A stretch of DNA of 61,389 nucleotides from an uncultured Burkholderiales bacterium (lineage in GTDB: Bacteria > Vulcanimicrobiota > Xenobia > Xenobiales > QWHO01): NCBI GenBank assembly GCA_964637145.1, contig CAZWUN010000002.1:1-61389 (forward strand), read 5' to 3'. This document shows, one piece after another, positions 10,432 to 18,952 of the stretch. Both the position numbers and the translations under genes were made by a program. A model generated the notes under the pieces. It was not told the origin of the DNA. It searched no databases and saw only the letters and a program-made list of their open reading frames with translations. Within the stretch, counting starts at the first letter, position 1; every line of letters starts with the position of its first letter.

Positions 10432-11540
10432 CCCTGGGCTTCGCGGCAGCCCAGAGCGCGCAGCTCCTCGAGCTGCGCGTGGGTGGTCACCCCCTCGGCG
10501 ATGGTGCGCATCCCCATGGAGGCTGCCACCTTGAGCACCGAAGCGATCAGCTCGCAGCTCTCCTCGCACTCCATGTCGAAGATCAGGCTGCGATCCACCT
10601 TGAGGCATTCGAACGGAAACGACCGCAGACAGAGAAACGAGGAGGTGCCCATCCCGAAGTTGTCCAGGTGAAAGCCGATGTCGACGTCGCGCAGCCGTTT
10701 CAAGGAGCTCTGGCGGGTCTGGTCGGTCACCGCCTCCTCGCGCACGTCCAGGCGCACGTGACTCAAGGGTGCCCCCGACTCTTGCAGCACGGCCAGAAGC
10801 TCGTCGGTACGCTCCGAGTCGGTGAAGTGCTCCGTGCAGAGGTTGAGGCTCAAGCGCACCGGACGGTAGTCGCTCCAGGTCCGCAGCCGGGCCAGGGCGC
10901 TGCGCATCACCATCAGGTCGAGCCGGGTCATCAGGCCCGATTCGTCGGCCACCTTCAGAAACTCGGACGGCAACAGGATGCCGCGGCTCGGATGGGGCCA
11001 CCGGACCAGGCCCTCGAACCCGCACACCCGGCCCTGGGAGAGCTCCACGATGGGTTGGTAATAGACCTCCAGCTCGTTGCGATCCAGGGCCACCCCCAGC
11101 TCGCCTTCCAGCTCGATGCGGCCGGCAGCCTCGGAGTGCAACTCGGGGTCGGCCAGGAGCACGAGCTGGTCGGGACCCAGGCTGGCCAGGGTCGACTCGG
11201 CGTGCTCGAGCATGGCCAGGGCATCGGCATAGGGGGTGGAGCAGTGAGTGATGCCCATCCTGAGCTCGAGTCCGCGCTCGTCCGACTTTTGTCGCAGGCG
11301 TCGGGAGATGCGCAGCACGTCGCTGACGTGGCGGAGATCCTCGGCCACCACGGCGAAGCGGCCCTGGCCCAGGGGCAACAGGTCGTCCTCGCGTCGAAGC
11401 TGGCCCTCGAACTCGCGCTCGAGATCGGGGGTCAGATCGCCGGTCATGCTCACCAGCAGCAAGGCCATGCCCCGCGTCCGGCGGCGAGCCCTGGCCAGCC
11501 CCTGATCCAACCGCCGCAGCACCCGCTCTCGCTCTCGCAT
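10362..11540 (-). CDS. degenerate GGDEF - EAL domain protein (c-di-GMP phosphodiesterase-like)
   Basis: EAL-domain motifs: YYQPIV, GFEGLVRW, LSLNL, FHLDNFG, ECLKVDRSL, IAEGVTT, QGYLFS. The N-terminal half has GQGRF where GGDEF is expected. Confidence 0.85.
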   Translation of the reverse strand: MRERERVLRRLDQGLARARRRTRGMALLLVSMTGDLTPDLEREFEGQLRREDDLLPLGQGRFAVVAEDLRHVSDVLRISRRLRQKSDERGLELRMGITHCSTPYADALAMLEHAESTLASLGPDQLVLLADPELHSEAAGRIELEGELGVALDRNELEVYYQPIVELSQGRVCGFEGLVRWPHPSRGILLPSEFLKVADESGLMTRLDLMVMRSALARLRTWSDYRPVRLSLNLCTEHFTDSERTDELLAVLQESGAPLSHVRLDVREEAVTDQTRQSSLKRLRDVDIGFHLDNFGMGTSSFLCLRSFPFECLKVDRSLIFDMECEESCELIASVLKVAASMGMRTIAEGVTTHAQLEELRALGCREAQGYLFSPPLDAEGATRILAEDPRW

Positions 11541-13768
11541 CAGGTGACCTCGCTGGGGCGGCTTCGAACCACGGCTAAGAATCGGACATAAGTCCCCGGA
11601 TTGGCCAGGAAGAACTCCTCCATGTCGGCGATGGCGATGACGTAGGCCGAGGTGGTGGTCTCGGTGACCACGCTGACGGCGTGCCGCTCACCGTGGGCGC
11701 GCAATCGCCCCACCAGGGCCCCGTGGCCGGCCGTGACCGGATCGCTCCCCTCGGCCTCCAGGCGCACCCGCCCGTCACGAAGCAGATACAGGCAGCGCAC
11801 CCGGTCGCCCTGACGGAACAGGGGCCGCTCGGGAGGGATCTGGCGCAGCTTCATCAGCGGGATCAGGCTGGTCTTTTGCATGACCGAGAGCTTTTCCAGG
11901 AAGGGGTTGTCGTTCATCAGGGGCCAGGCATCGTGCAGGCGGCTCTCGGCCACCGCCAGCAGGGCGCTTTCGGCCACCGTGCCCCGGATGAAGCGGAAGA
12001 AGTCGGCCCGCTCCACGGCCAGAACCTCCAGGTCCGAGCAGGCCACGATGTCGGCGGTGCGCGACTGAGAGAGCATCAGGGCCACCTCTCCGAAGTAGTC
12101 GAAGCGGCCCAACGTGCTGAGAACCTTGCCGTCGCGGGCCACGTCGGCCTCACCCGACAGGATCAAGTAGAAGCGATCGCCCGGGTCTCCGCGATGCAGG
12201 ATCATCTGGCCGGCCTGAAACTGCTGCAGCCTGGCGATCCGAAGAAAGACGGCCGCCTTCTCGATGCCCATCTGCTGGAACAACTCCACTCCCGAGAGAA
12301 CGTCCAGCATCCGCTGGGCCAGCCACAGGTCAGGCGGGGGCACCTCCAGGACGAAGGTCTTGTCGACCCCGGTGGGGGCCATTCTCAGCCCGGAGCCCTC
12401 GGGGATGGAGGAAGCGTTCAGGTGGTTGAGATAGAGCCGCTCCTTGATGCTGTCGCTGAGCGCGTTCAGGACGCTGAGAGGGGTGTGCACCGGGGGGATG
12501 CCGGCCTCGTGGATGATGAGGTCCGCATCCCAGGAGAACCCGAGCAGCTCGTGCAGGCGAGTTTCCGAGAACAGATCTTCGCGATGCAGTCGCTGCAGTG
12601 TCTCGGCATCGTAAAGGGTGTCGCCCGAGTATGCCAGCTTCTTGCCCTGGAAGGAAACCTCCAGACCCAGCGTGGGGATGCTGTGGAAGTTGTAACGGAA
12701 AAAGAAGCTTCCTCCGGCGATGTTGACCGATTCAGCCACCCGGAAGGGGTGGAAATTGAACAAAAGCCGCATCTGCTGCCCGGTCAAGCCCAGCAGACCC
12801 TTGTACTTGCGCAGAAAGCTCTCCAGCACGGTGCGGGTGGTATGCAGATTGATGCGGCCTTCCTCCAGGATCTTCTGCAATGTGCCGCTGTCGTGGTCGG
12901 CGTGACAGTGGGTGAGGACCAGGTCGCTGATCATGCGCGTGTCGATCCCGTGCTTGCGCAACCAGCGGGTGGTGTTGACGGGCGGATCCACCAGCACGCC
13001 TCGCCCGTTGAGCCAGATGACGAAGCCGGTGGTGTCCTGCTTGGGATCGAAACCGTGACCGCTGCCGATGATGGTCAACCCGAAGAAGGGCGGTCGAAAT
13101 CGTTGGGCCGACTCGCCCGCGGGGGACGGGCGTGGAGGCGTGCGAAAGGTTGCCTCGCGCAGCTGACCCAGGCGCTCGAACCGGTAGCGGTCGGCTCCCG
13201 CGAGCCGGATCCGCACCTCTCCCAGGTCGACCTGACCTTGCTCGTCAAAAAGCCTGAAGTCGACCAGGTCTCTCAGGGTCAGCGGTCCGTCCTTGAAATA
13301 GGCCATCTCGGCTTTCATCTCGGGCAGTCGGTGGCCGGACGGATAATCGCGCTCGAGGTTGAGGCTGCGGGGTCCGAAAATGGACTCCTGGAGTACGGCC
13401 ACGATGGCCCGAAACCGGTTGCGTTGGCAGACCACGACGGTCTTCTGGCCCTTGAGGAAAAAATTGTAGTAGATCGGGAACTCGAGCTCGGCCATGCTGA
13501 TGCCCTGGGCCACGTCGAAGAGGCGCTCGGGTACCACGTAGAGGCGGGGAACTCCGCAGGGCAGCCCCATGGTGTCCTTGATCGTCTCGGGGTAGACTCC
13601 GATCTGGGCTACGAAGTCTCCCCAAACGAGCAGCAGGCCCCCCCGCGGAAGCTCCCGCTGGTCGAAGGCCTCTTTGACTGGCCGGCTCCCCTCCGAATTC
13701 AAGCGCCCCTGGTTTCGGCGGTGGCTCGGGAGATTCCCCTGGCCTGCAGAATTGGGAAAATCGTCCAC
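11540..13768 (-). CDS. MBL-fold metallo-hydrolase fused to two cyclic-nucleotide-binding domains
   Basis: THCHADHDSG (HxHxDH). The C-terminal region has one canonical cNMP-binding domain (FGEVALM...RTADIVA) and a second, more degenerate one. Its stop overlaps the EAL start (TGATG). Confidence 0.8.
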   Translation of the reverse strand: MDDFPNSAGQGNLPSHRRNQGRLNSEGSRPVKEAFDQRELPRGGLLLVWGDFVAQIGVYPETIKDTMGLPCGVPRLYVVPERLFDVAQGISMAELEFPIYYNFFLKGQKTVVVCQRNRFRAIVAVLQESIFGPRSLNLERDYPSGHRLPEMKAEMAYFKDGPLTLRDLVDFRLFDEQGQVDLGEVRIRLAGADRYRFERLGQLREATFRTPPRPSPAGESAQRFRPPFFGLTIIGSGHGFDPKQDTTGFVIWLNGRGVLVDPPVNTTRWLRKHGIDTRMISDLVLTHCHADHDSGTLQKILEEGRINLHTTRTVLESFLRKYKGLLGLTGQQMRLLFNFHPFRVAESVNIAGGSFFFRYNFHSIPTLGLEVSFQGKKLAYSGDTLYDAETLQRLHREDLFSETRLHELLGFSWDADLIIHEAGIPPVHTPLSVLNALSDSIKERLYLNHLNASSIPEGSGLRMAPTGVDKTFVLEVPPPDLWLAQRMLDVLSGVELFQQMGIEKAAVFLRIARLQQFQAGQMILHRGDPGDRFYLILSGEADVARDGKVLSTLGRFDYFGEVALMLSQSRTADIVACSDLEVLAVERADFFRFIRGTVAESALLAVAESRLHDAWPLMNDNPFLEKLSVMQKTSLIPLMKLRQIPPERPLFRQGDRVRCLYLLRDGRVRLEAEGSDPVTAGHGALVGRLRAHGERHAVSVVTETTTSAYVIAIADMEEFFLANPGTYVRFLAVVRSRPSEVT

Positions 13769-13816
13769 CCAGCTTCATCCCTGCGCGGCGCTCGTGTGCC
13801 TGGCGGCAGTCCTTAC

Positions 13817-14299
13817 TCAGCCGATGCCAGCCCTCTCCTCCATCTGGGCCTTCCATCCCGCCAGAGCGCCCAGCGCCAGGCCCATGCCGGCCACAGCGCC
13901 GATGCTCAGGGCGGTGGGCGCATTGCCGGTGGTGGCCAGGATGCCGCCGAGCAGGGCTGGCCAGATGACCGCTCCCAGGGCCCGGCGAGGATCTTTGTCG
14001 ATGGCGTAGTTGAAGGCAAAGCCGGCCGCGGCGCCCAGTGCCAGGCCTGGAAATCCGCCGAGCTGACCGCCCAGCATCGGCACGCTCATCGTGCCGAAAC
14101 CCACCACGGCGCCGCGCGGGATTGGGGGTAAGGCGCGCAGGAACCGGGCCACGGGAGTGCCCTGGTCGACTCTGTCCTGGGGATCGGAGGGGGCACCCGC
14201 CGAGGGGCTCGAGCTGGCGCGCGGTAGATAGGGGGAACTCAAAACTTGGGTGACTTGCATAGCGTGCCGGACTGTACTCGCTGGAGCTGAAAGAAGCAT
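13817..14299 (-). CDS. hypothetical Gly/Ala-rich membrane protein
   Basis: Strong GC3 bias. The C-terminal half is glycine-zipper-like hydrophobic sequence. The start is uncertain (14299 or ATG 14260). Confidence 0.55.
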   Translation of the reverse strand: MLLSAPASTVRHAMQVTQVLSSPYLPRASSSPSAGAPSDPQDRVDQGTPVARFLRALPPIPRGAVVGFGTMSVPMLGGQLGGFPGLALGAAAGFAFNYAIDKDPRRALGAVIWPALLGGILATTGNAPTALSIGAVAGMGLALGALAGWKAQMEERAGIG

Positions 14300-14337
14300 G
14301 AAACGGTCGAGGACCCGGGCGGCATCATAGTGGCAAC

Positions 14338-15108
14338 TCAGGCTGTCGGGGCGGACCTCACCACGTCCAACATTTCCTTGTGCAGCCGCACGTTGCTGGC
14401 CAGCATCGAGGGTCGGCGGATATCAAACGGCTTCCCCTCGAGATCGGTCAGCATGCCCCCGGCCTCGTTCACGATCAGGCTGCCGGCGGCCGTGTCCCAC
14501 GGAGCCAGGCCCAGCTCGTAGAACCCGTCGAAACGTCCGCAGGCCAGATAACACAGGTCCAGTGCCGCGGCGCCATCGCGACGCATGCCCCGCGCTCGCA
14601 GCGAAAAGGCCCGGAACAGCGCCAGGATTCGCTCAGGGTCGCGCCGGTAGTGGTAGGGGAAGCCGGTCACCAGCAGCGCCTCCTCCAGTCTCGAACGATC
14701 GCTCACGGCGATGGTCCGTCCGTTGAGCCGCGCCCCCTCTCCGCGCCGGGCGGTGAACAGCTCGTCGCGCAGAGGATCATAGACCACGCCCAGCTCCATC
14801 ACCCCGTTCACCTCCAGGCCGATGGAGACGGCCACGAACGGGTAGCCGTGGGCGAAATTGGTGGTGCCATCGAGTGGATCCACGATCCACATCGAGGCGG
14901 CCTCGGCCGTAAGGCCCCCTTCCTCGCCCAGAAAGCCGTGCTGGGGGAAAGATTCCAGCAGTCGGGCGCGGATCAGGGCCTCGCAGGCGGTATCGACCTC
15001 GGTGACCAGATCCACCGCCCCTTTGTGGCGCACGGTGACGGGGCCGGCGAAGGCATGGCGGATCAGCTCACCGGCTGCCCGGGCGGCAGACTCGGCAACG
15101 TTCAGCAT
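14338..15108 (-). CDS. suhB: inositol monophosphatase family protein
   Basis: Motifs: GEEGG, WIVDPLDGTTNF, WDTAAG. Confidence 0.9.
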   Translation of the reverse strand: MLNVAESAARAAGELIRHAFAGPVTVRHKGAVDLVTEVDTACEALIRARLLESFPQHGFLGEEGGLTAEAASMWIVDPLDGTTNFAHGYPFVAVSIGLEVNGVMELGVVYDPLRDELFTARRGEGARLNGRTIAVSDRSRLEEALLVTGFPYHYRRDPERILALFRAFSLRARGMRRDGAAALDLCYLACGRFDGFYELGLAPWDTAAGSLIVNEAGGMLTDLEGKPFDIRRPSMLASNVRLHKEMLDVVRSAPTA

Positions 15109-15158
15109 AGGCGCCGGCCCTTCGCGACAGGTCCGGCCCGCCCCCTCTCGCGAACAAG

Positions 15159-17186
15159 ATGGCCATGAATCCGGGAGCGCTGGTGGAGTACCTGCAGGGC
15201 AAGCGTCTGGCCTGCGCCATCTGTCTCAAGCGCGACAACAAGGACGTGCTCCACCTCTTGACCGAGGACAACCGCGAGGACAAGGTGGCCGCCAGCAAGG
15301 TGGTGTTCCACCAGCCCACCGGTCTCTCTGCAGAGCCGGCCCGCGAGCAGGCCCTCTCCTTCCTGCAGACTGCCTCGCGCCGGCGCCAGGAGGTAGCGGC
15401 CGAGATCCCCCTGGACGAGCTCTACGAGCTGCTCGCCGAGGACGCAGCCGATAGCTACGAGCTCAAGGAGCTGGCCGAGCTCTACTTCGGCGCCAGCTAT
15501 CAGCCCGAGGATCTCTCCGGCCTCTACCGCGCCCTGGAGGCCGACCGCATTTACTTCACCCGCAAGGGAGAGCGCTACCAGCTTCGCCCCCGGGCCCAGG
15601 TGGATGATATCCTCACCCGCCTGCGGGTGGAGGCCGAGAAGGAGCAGAACCGCGAGCAGATCTCGGGTTGGCTCAAGAAGCTGTGGCAGCGTCCCGAGGG
15701 CTCCGAGCCCACGGGCTATCCGGCCGAGTTCGAGGAGGCCGCCCGCCGCTACTTCACCTGGATTCGCGAGGTGGCGCTGTTCGGCACCGAGGCTTCCCGC
15801 TTCAAGGAGGTGCAGACCCTGCTCAAGCAGGCCGGCATCAGCGGCAAGGACGCCGCCTTCCGACTGATGCTCAAGGCCGGGCACTGGACCACTGACGAGA
15901 ATCTGCTCCTGCACAAGAACCGCGTGTCCATCGACTTTGCCACCGAGATGGTCGAGTTGGCCCGCGCTCTGAGCGCCGATCCGGCTCCCCTGCAGGATGC
16001 GGCCCGCCTCGACCTGCGCCACCTGGAGGCCTTCACCATCGACGACGCCGAGACCACCGAGATCGACGATGCCCTGACGTTGGAGCGGCTCGAGCACGGG
16101 GGCTACCGGGTGGGCATCCACATCGCCGACGCCTCGGCCTACGTTGAGCCGGGAAGCGAGATGGACCTGCTGGCCCGCGACCGGGGCACCGCCATCTACT
16201 TACCCGACCTCAAGGTGCGCATGCTTCCCCCGCCCCTCGCCGAGCACGCCTGCAGCCTGATGGCCGGCCACGATCGCCCGGCCTTCTCCTTTCTGGCCGA
16301 GTTCGACGCCTCGCTGCAGCTGGTGGGGACGAGCATGCACCCCTCACTGGTGCGGGTGCGCCAGCGGTTGACCTACCAGGAGGCCGAGGCCCAGCTGGCG
16401 GCCGGAGCCGACTGGCAGCCCATGATCGCCATCGCCGAGTCGCTGCGCGCCGAGCGCGAGTCGGGCGGGGCCATCACGGTCGGTTTTCCGCGCCTGAACG
16501 TGCGCTGCGTGCAGGGTGAGGTGGAGATCGAGCGCGAGTCGCCCACTACACCGGGCCAGGTGCTGGTGAGCGAGATGATGATCCTGGCCAACCGCCTGGC
16601 CGGCGAGTTCCTGGCCGAGCGGGACGTGCCCGCCATCTATCGCAGCCAGCCGGCTCCCGAGCAACCCTTGAGTCCGGACGATTTTCGCGACCCGGTGTCC
16701 CTCTTTCGCCTGCGCCGCTTCCTGCGCAAGGGGGAGATGGGGCTCGATCCGGCCCGTCACGCCGGACTGGGGCTGGACGCTTACCTGCAGGTCACCTCGC
16801 CCATCCGCCGCTACGGAGACCTGGTGCTGCAACGCCAGTTGAAGGCCGCTCTCCAGGGCCAGACCCTGTATTCGCGTGATCAGATGCAGGAAGTGCTGGC
16901 TCAGATCCAGCGGGCTTCGGAGACGGCCGAGATGCTCGAGCGCGATCGCCGCAACTACTGGGTCTTGCGCTACCTTGAAGCCCGCCGCGGCCACGAGCTG
17001 GACGCTCTGGTGCTGCAGAACGGCCCTGAGCGCAATCTGGTTCAAATCACCGAAGTGCTCTGGGAGACCGATTGCCCCCATCTACCCGGCCGGCCGTTCG
17101 CAGCCGGCGAGCGCCTCTTCGTGCGCCTCGAGCTGGTCTGGCCGCGCGAAGGCGTGGTGCGGGTTTCCCCCGTCGCTCCCGCCTGA
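15159..17186 (+). CDS. RNB-domain exoribonuclease (RNase II/R family)
   Basis: RNB motifs: FTIDDAETTEIDDAL, HIADAS, SPIRRYGDLVLQRQL. Confidence 0.88.
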   Translation: MAMNPGALVEYLQGKRLACAICLKRDNKDVLHLLTEDNREDKVAASKVVFHQPTGLSAEPAREQALSFLQTASRRRQEVAAEIPLDELYELLAEDAADSYELKELAELYFGASYQPEDLSGLYRALEADRIYFTRKGERYQLRPRAQVDDILTRLRVEAEKEQNREQISGWLKKLWQRPEGSEPTGYPAEFEEAARRYFTWIREVALFGTEASRFKEVQTLLKQAGISGKDAAFRLMLKAGHWTTDENLLLHKNRVSIDFATEMVELARALSADPAPLQDAARLDLRHLEAFTIDDAETTEIDDALTLERLEHGGYRVGIHIADASAYVEPGSEMDLLARDRGTAIYLPDLKVRMLPPPLAEHACSLMAGHDRPAFSFLAEFDASLQLVGTSMHPSLVRVRQRLTYQEAEAQLAAGADWQPMIAIAESLRAERESGGAITVGFPRLNVRCVQGEVEIERESPTTPGQVLVSEMMILANRLAGEFLAERDVPAIYRSQPAPEQPLSPDDFRDPVSLFRLRRFLRKGEMGLDPARHAGLGLDAYLQVTSPIRRYGDLVLQRQLKAALQGQTLYSRDQMQEVLAQIQRASETAEMLERDRRNYWVLRYLEARRGHELDALVLQNGPERNLVQITEVLWETDCPHLPGRPFAAGERLFVRLELVWPREGVVRVSPVAPA

Positions 17187-17211
17187 AGGAGTCCTTTCAA
17201 GATTCGGGAAA

Positions 17212-18912
17212 GTGCCGAGCGTGAATCCCGAGCGCGACAACAAGATTGCCGAGATTCTGATCAACGACAAGAAGCTCAAGAAGAAGCGTCTTGATCAGAT
17301 CTTGCAGGAGAATGCCGGCAGCGAGAAGCCGCTCGAGCAGCTGGTGGTGGAGGCCGGAGACGTCAGTCGGGCCGACCTTTTGAAGGTGCTCGAGTCGATC
17401 ACCGGGCGCCCCTCGGTGGATCTCTCCTGCATGCGGGTCAGCCCCTCGGTGGCCCAGACCGTGCCCCAGTCGATGGCCAAGAAGTTCAACCTGATCTGCC
17501 TCAAGAAGGGCGATGGCAAAGTGCAGGTGGCCATGGCCGACCCCCACGACACGTTTGCCATCGAATACGTGAAGATGCGCACGGGCCTCGAAGTGGAGGC
17601 CATGGTGGGCTTCATCGGCGACATCCTGAAAGCCCAGGAGGAGGCCTACAAGGTCACCATCCAGTACATCGACGCCTCCACTCCCACCGGGGCCCAGGCC
17701 GCCAAGTCCAAGGAGCGCGAGCGGGAAGAAGCCGAGCAGAGCGGCGAGAAGCCCAAGTTCATGTCGGCCACGCGCGAGAAGGCCAAGTCAGAGGACTCCC
17801 TTTTGCGCGGCTCGGTGGGCACCACCACCTTGAAGGTGAATCCCATCAGCCTGGGCCTGGGAACGGGGCCGGTGGCGGTGCGCAGCGCCCCTCCTTCCAA
17901 CGAGATGGAAGCCTACAAGCGCCTGCTGGAGATCGGCAACGCGCTGACTTCCACCCTGGACAGCAACCTTCTGTTCCAGCACATCTTACACGCCGCCGCC
18001 GAGCTGACCGGGGCGGAAGGAGCCTCGCTGATCTTGATCGGCGAGGGGGGCAATGACCTTTATTTCAAGGAATCGCTCGGTCCGCGCTCGGAGGATGTCA
18101 AGCGGGTGCGCTTCCCGCTCGACGAGCACTCGCTGGCCGGTTTCGCCATTCAGAACCGCAAGATGATGCGCGTCAACGACGTGCGCCGCGACCCGCGCCA
18201 CAGCAAGGTGGTGGACGAGGCGGTCCAGTTCACCACCCGGTCGGTGCTGGTCTGCCCGGTGGTCTATCGAGGCGAGCCGCTGGGGGTCATCGAGGCGATC
18301 AACAAGACCGACCCCGGTGGCTTCACCGAGGTGGACGAGAAGTACATGGAGGTGCTCTGCGGCCAGGCGGCCATCGCCCTGCAGAACGCCGAGACCATGG
18401 GCCGGTTGACCAACTTCTTCAACGAATCGGTGGAGATTCTGATCGAGATTCTGGAGAAGCACGATCGCATCAGCCGGCACCACCTGATCGAGGTGGCCCG
18501 CATCTCCACCGCCATAGGCCGCGAGCTCGGGCTTTCGCCTCCCGAGATCGAGCGCCTCTGCTATGCTGGACTGCTGCACGACATCGGCAAGGTGAAGTGC
18601 GCCGATCCCGACGACCCGGCTCACGCCGAGATCGGGGCCCGCATGCTCGAGCGGGTCAAGATCTTCCGCGAGGTCATTCCCATCGTGCGCCACCACCACG
18701 AGCGTTATAATGGCACGGGCACACCCGATGGCCTCAAGGAGGAGGAGATTCCCCGCCTGGCGCGCGTGCTGGCCGTGGCCGAAGCCTGGGTGGAGGCCGT
18801 GAGCGAAAAGGGCGCCGACCGCAACGCGCTGCTCACCAAGATGCGGGGCGAGTTCGGCACCCGTTTTGACCCGGCCCTGCGCCCGGCTTTCGAGAACGCC
18901 GTCGCTCGTTAA
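17212..18912 (+). CDS. MshEN(T2SSE_N)-GAF-HD-GYP domain protein
   Basis: The N-terminus resembles GspE/MshE N-domains (IAEILINDKKL...LDQILQ; AKKFNLICL). It is followed by a GAF-like middle region. The C-terminal HD domain has LLHDIGK and HHERYNGTGTPDGL, so GYP is replaced by GTP. The start is approximate (GTG 17212 or 17221); upstream ORF sequence overlaps the RNB gene. Confidence 0.8.
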   Translation: MPSVNPERDNKIAEILINDKKLKKKRLDQILQENAGSEKPLEQLVVEAGDVSRADLLKVLESITGRPSVDLSCMRVSPSVAQTVPQSMAKKFNLICLKKGDGKVQVAMADPHDTFAIEYVKMRTGLEVEAMVGFIGDILKAQEEAYKVTIQYIDASTPTGAQAAKSKEREREEAEQSGEKPKFMSATREKAKSEDSLLRGSVGTTTLKVNPISLGLGTGPVAVRSAPPSNEMEAYKRLLEIGNALTSTLDSNLLFQHILHAAAELTGAEGASLILIGEGGNDLYFKESLGPRSEDVKRVRFPLDEHSLAGFAIQNRKMMRVNDVRRDPRHSKVVDEAVQFTTRSVLVCPVVYRGEPLGVIEAINKTDPGGFTEVDEKYMEVLCGQAAIALQNAETMGRLTNFFNESVEILIEILEKHDRISRHHLIEVARISTAIGRELGLSPPEIERLCYAGLLHDIGKVKCADPDDPAHAEIGARMLERVKIFREVIPIVRHHHERYNGTGTPDGLKEEEIPRLARVLAVAEAWVEAVSEKGADRNALLTKMRGEFGTRFDPALRPAFENAVAR

Positions 18913-18952
18913 GGTGCGAGGCCTTTGGTCTTGACCGAGCGGCGGGCCTCGT

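Noticed and set aside
11681-14131. 816-aa plus-strand ORF
   Set aside because: It is antisense to the MBL/cNMP-binding gene, which has clear motifs. The translation is low-complexity (G/A/L/Q/H-rich) with no motifs.
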